A stretch of 41,039 bases of DNA from Thermoplasmatota archaeon (GTDB lineage Archaea; Thermoplasmatota; E2; DHVEG-1). Every line of letters begins with the position of its first letter. Positions within the stretch are counted from its first letter, which is position 1. Below, piece after piece: positions 38,321 to 41,039 of this stretch. The position numbers and the translations under genes were made by a program. Location of the stretch: the NCBI GenBank assembly GCA_038740425.1, contig JAVYLV010000004.1, positions 1 through 41,039 on the forward strand, in the 5' to 3' direction. Under the pieces are notes generated by a model. The model had not been told where the DNA came from. It saw nothing but the letters and a program-made list of their open reading frames with translations, and searched no databases.

Positions 38321-39451
38321 ATGCGTAGCATCAGTAAGTTATCATTGTTTGAATGGTTGTTAACTCAACGTAATAACGCTGAGTATATCCTAGGTTTTAG
38401 TGACGCTGACGGGTTAACCTTATCTGAGTATTATCAGTTAACTGAGTTCAAGGTCCCTCCTGATTTTAATCTTGGTGTTAATCATCTTTATGGCTCTGAA
38501 GAGCTAAAAAAGGTTTTATCTGAGATGTATCATTGTGAACCTAATAATATAGTTATCACTAGTGGTTGTACTGAGGCTAATTTCCTTGTTTTTTTTGCTT
38601 TGTTGAATCGTGGTGATGAAGTTATTGTTGAGCAACCTGGTTATCAACCTCTTTTCGTTACACCTGAAGTACTTGGTGCGCGTTTGGTTTTCTGGCCGCG
38701 TTTGTTCAATAATGGTTTTAAGCTTGATGTTAATGGTTTACATTCTTTGGTTACCCCTCAAAGTAGACTGGTTGTTTTTACTAATCTTCATAATCCTAGT
38801 GGTGTATTAACAGATATTGTTACTGTTAAAGCTGTATCTGAGATAGCATCTAGCAAAGGTTTGTATGTTCTTGTTGATGAAACTTTTCTTGACGGTGCTT
38901 TTAATACACCACAATCAGCTTTTGGTTTGCCTAATACTATCATAACCTCTGGTATAAGTAAGGTGTACGGTCTTGGTGGTTTACGTGTAGGTTGGATTAT
39001 CGCTCCTGAGGAGATCGCTACGTTGTGCCAGGAGGCTAAGGCTCATGTCACTGCTGGTGTATCTGCTTTATCTGAGGTTTTTTCTGCTCAGTTTCTTAGT
39101 ATAGCTAAATCTGATTATCTGCGTAGATTGCATCGGCATTCTGAGGAGAATCTTCAGATTCTTAGTAAATGGTTTAGTGATAATCAGGAGCTGGTTGAAT
39201 GGGTTAAACCTGATGGTGGTTTATTCTGTTTCCCTCGTTATAAGATACCTGTATCTTCTTTGGATCTATGCCGTAGGCTTATATCTGATGTCAGGGTTAT
39301 GGTTGATCCTGGTTTTTTCTTTAATATGGAGGGTTTCTTCAGGCTTGGTTTTATATGTGAGCAAGAGGCTCTTGCAGGTGGTTTGTCTGTGTTGAGCAAG
39401 GGTTTAGGCTTGATTAAAGCCTCATCATCGATTGTTAATACACCCTCATAA
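38321..39451 (+). CDS. PLP-dependent class I/II aminotransferase
   Basis: TSGCTEAN, NLHNPSG, VDETF, SGISKVYGLGGLRVGW (PLP lysine), FRLGF. Confidence 0.9.
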   Translation: MRSISKLSLFEWLLTQRNNAEYILGFSDADGLTLSEYYQLTEFKVPPDFNLGVNHLYGSEELKKVLSEMYHCEPNNIVITSGCTEANFLVFFALLNRGDEVIVEQPGYQPLFVTPEVLGARLVFWPRLFNNGFKLDVNGLHSLVTPQSRLVVFTNLHNPSGVLTDIVTVKAVSEIASSKGLYVLVDETFLDGAFNTPQSAFGLPNTIITSGISKVYGLGGLRVGWIIAPEEIATLCQEAKAHVTAGVSALSEVFSAQFLSIAKSDYLRRLHRHSEENLQILSKWFSDNQELVEWVKPDGGLFCFPRYKIPVSSLDLCRRLISDVRVMVDPGFFFNMEGFFRLGFICEQEALAGGLSVLSKGLGLIKASSSIVNTPS

Positions 39452-39474
39452 TTTGATTATTTTCTCTTCTTTTT

Positions 39475-40986
39475 TTATAGGTTGTATATGGTGGTGTATT
39501 TGTCTTTTAGATATTTTATGTATGTATCTGCGTTTAATCCTTCATGGCATGTTTTTTTGATTATTTGATCAGAGGTTAATGTTCTACCATATCTATGTAT
39601 ATGTGTGCGTAGCCATTTTATTATGTTTTGATAATCTCCTTTTCGTATCTGTTTTGGTGTATCTGGTTGTTCTTTCAGTAACTGTTTATGTATCTGCGCG
39701 GCGTATATTGAGCCTATTAGATATGTGGGGAAGTAACCTATGTCACCTGTGCTCCAGTGCATATCTTGTAGTACTCCTTCTGCATCGTTTTTTGGTTTTA
39801 CACCTAATAGTTCTATCATTTTATCATTCCAGAAGTCTGGTATCTCGTTGATTGTGATTTTATCGTTGATTAGTAGTAATTCTATTTCAAATCTTAGTAT
39901 TATATGTAAACTGTAGGTTAATTCATCTGCTTCTACTCTTATAGGTGATGGTTTAACCTGGTTCACTATCTGGTACCCTATATCTTGGTTTTTTTTGATA
40001 TCAGGGTTATCAGGATACATCTTTTTTAGTATGGGGTACCAGTAGTAGCAGAAATCCTTGCTTTTACCTATCATGTTCTCCCAGAATCTTGATTGTGATT
40101 CATGTAGACCTACTGATGGTGCTTCTGATATTACTGTATCCTTGTATACCCCCTGAGGTAATCCTAGGTCGTATAGTGCATGACCTGCTTCATGTATGGT
40201 GGAGTAGAATGATGATAAAGGGTTGTATTTGTTGTATCTGGTTGTGATTCTTACATCATTGTCGTTTATCTGTATGGTGAATGGATGAGCTGATGTGTCA
40301 AGGCGTGATTCATCAGGTTTTAGCATCATATGTTGGAGTATTAGTAAACAACATTCATGTTGTTTCTTTTGGGGGTATAATCCTTTTATAGGTTTTTGTT
40401 TCTCGTAGGTTTTACTTGTTTTGATATTCTCCAGTAGATCTACTATTTGTTTTTTGATATGTTTGAACTCTGTTTTTAGTCTTTCCACTGTCATACCCTC
40501 TTCGTAATCATCCAGAAGTGTATTATAGGGGTGTCCTGGTAGTTTTATGTAATCGTAGTACTCCTGTTCTAATTCCAATATTTTTTTAAGATAAGGCGAG
40601 AATAATCTATAGTTCTTTTTTTTCTTAGCGGTTTGCCATGCGTTGTATGATAAACTTATAATCCTGGATGACCGTTTAATGTAATCAGATGGGATTTTAC
40701 GTGCTTTCTCTACATCTTTTTTCAGACGTTCCAGTATTATTCTATCATGTTTGGTAAGTCTCTTTAAGGTCTTATCATCTGAGAGTTTTATTATATGATC
40801 GTAGAATTCATCTGATACTATTTTATCATGCATGAGACGTGATATTAGCGATGATTGTTCAGCTCTTTCATTGGCACCTTTCATAGGCATATATGTCATT
40901 TGATCCCAGCTGAGTAAAGCCGAGATTCCCCCCAGTAACGATATCTCCCTCTGTTGTTGATATACAAATTTTAATGATTCTTTCAT
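39475..40986 (-). CDS. M32 metallocarboxypeptidase (carboxypeptidase Taq family)
   Basis: WDQMTYMP, HPF, DVRITTRY, HEAGH (HExxH), HESQSRFWEN, IRVEADE, QDMHW, GYFPTY. Confidence 0.95.
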   Translation of the reverse strand: MKESLKFVYQQQREISLLGGISALLSWDQMTYMPMKGANERAEQSSLISRLMHDKIVSDEFYDHIIKLSDDKTLKRLTKHDRIILERLKKDVEKARKIPSDYIKRSSRIISLSYNAWQTAKKKKNYRLFSPYLKKILELEQEYYDYIKLPGHPYNTLLDDYEEGMTVERLKTEFKHIKKQIVDLLENIKTSKTYEKQKPIKGLYPQKKQHECCLLILQHMMLKPDESRLDTSAHPFTIQINDNDVRITTRYNKYNPLSSFYSTIHEAGHALYDLGLPQGVYKDTVISEAPSVGLHESQSRFWENMIGKSKDFCYYWYPILKKMYPDNPDIKKNQDIGYQIVNQVKPSPIRVEADELTYSLHIILRFEIELLLINDKITINEIPDFWNDKMIELLGVKPKNDAEGVLQDMHWSTGDIGYFPTYLIGSIYAAQIHKQLLKEQPDTPKQIRKGDYQNIIKWLRTHIHRYGRTLTSDQIIKKTCHEGLNADTYIKYLKDKYTTIYNL

Positions 40987-41039
40987 TTTTATTTTACCAC
41001 CCTTAGTTTTTTTGTTTTAATGTTTTTGTAAAGCATCAT

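Noticed and set aside
38321-41039. T/G-rich plus strand regardless of gene orientation, as a replication-skew signal
   Set aside because: Skew looks patchy across the window and cannot be quantified by eye; needs a cumulative skew plot on the full contig.

Overview
AT-rich archaeal window. TFB, an archaeal class III signal peptide pilin, eL41, Trm112 and an intron-containing tRNA-Trp, together with DnaJ and NosD/PKD surface proteins, suggest Thermoplasmatota, plausibly a sediment lineage such as MBG-D/Thermoprofundales (inference). Left part: RHH regulator, secreted surface proteins and a type IV pilus locus (ATPase, two TadB/C-like proteins, a 773-aa pilin-adhesin, an accessory adhesin; the prepilin peptidase lies at 21.5 kb). 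Middle: XPD/Rad3 helicase, a beta-CASP nuclease-YhaM-Trm112 operon, a lipoprotein hydrolase cassette preceded by an orphan CRISPR-like repeat, Hsp20, DnaJ, TFB and RlmE. From about 23.98 to 37.84 kb is a likely island. It holds a 40-spacer CRISPR array and a type I-B cas locus (cas6-8b-7-5-3, then cas4-1-2) split by a wHTH-MNT/HEPN pair whose HEPN gene carries a +1 frameshift. It ends with an RHH gene and a decayed tyrosine integrase running into the 3' end of tRNA-Trp. The tRNA intron is a box C/D guide RNA. Two real small genes missing from the ORF track (Trm112, eL41) were read directly from the sequence. The window ends with an aminotransferase and an M32 carboxypeptidase. Family calls come from motif recognition only; no searches were run.
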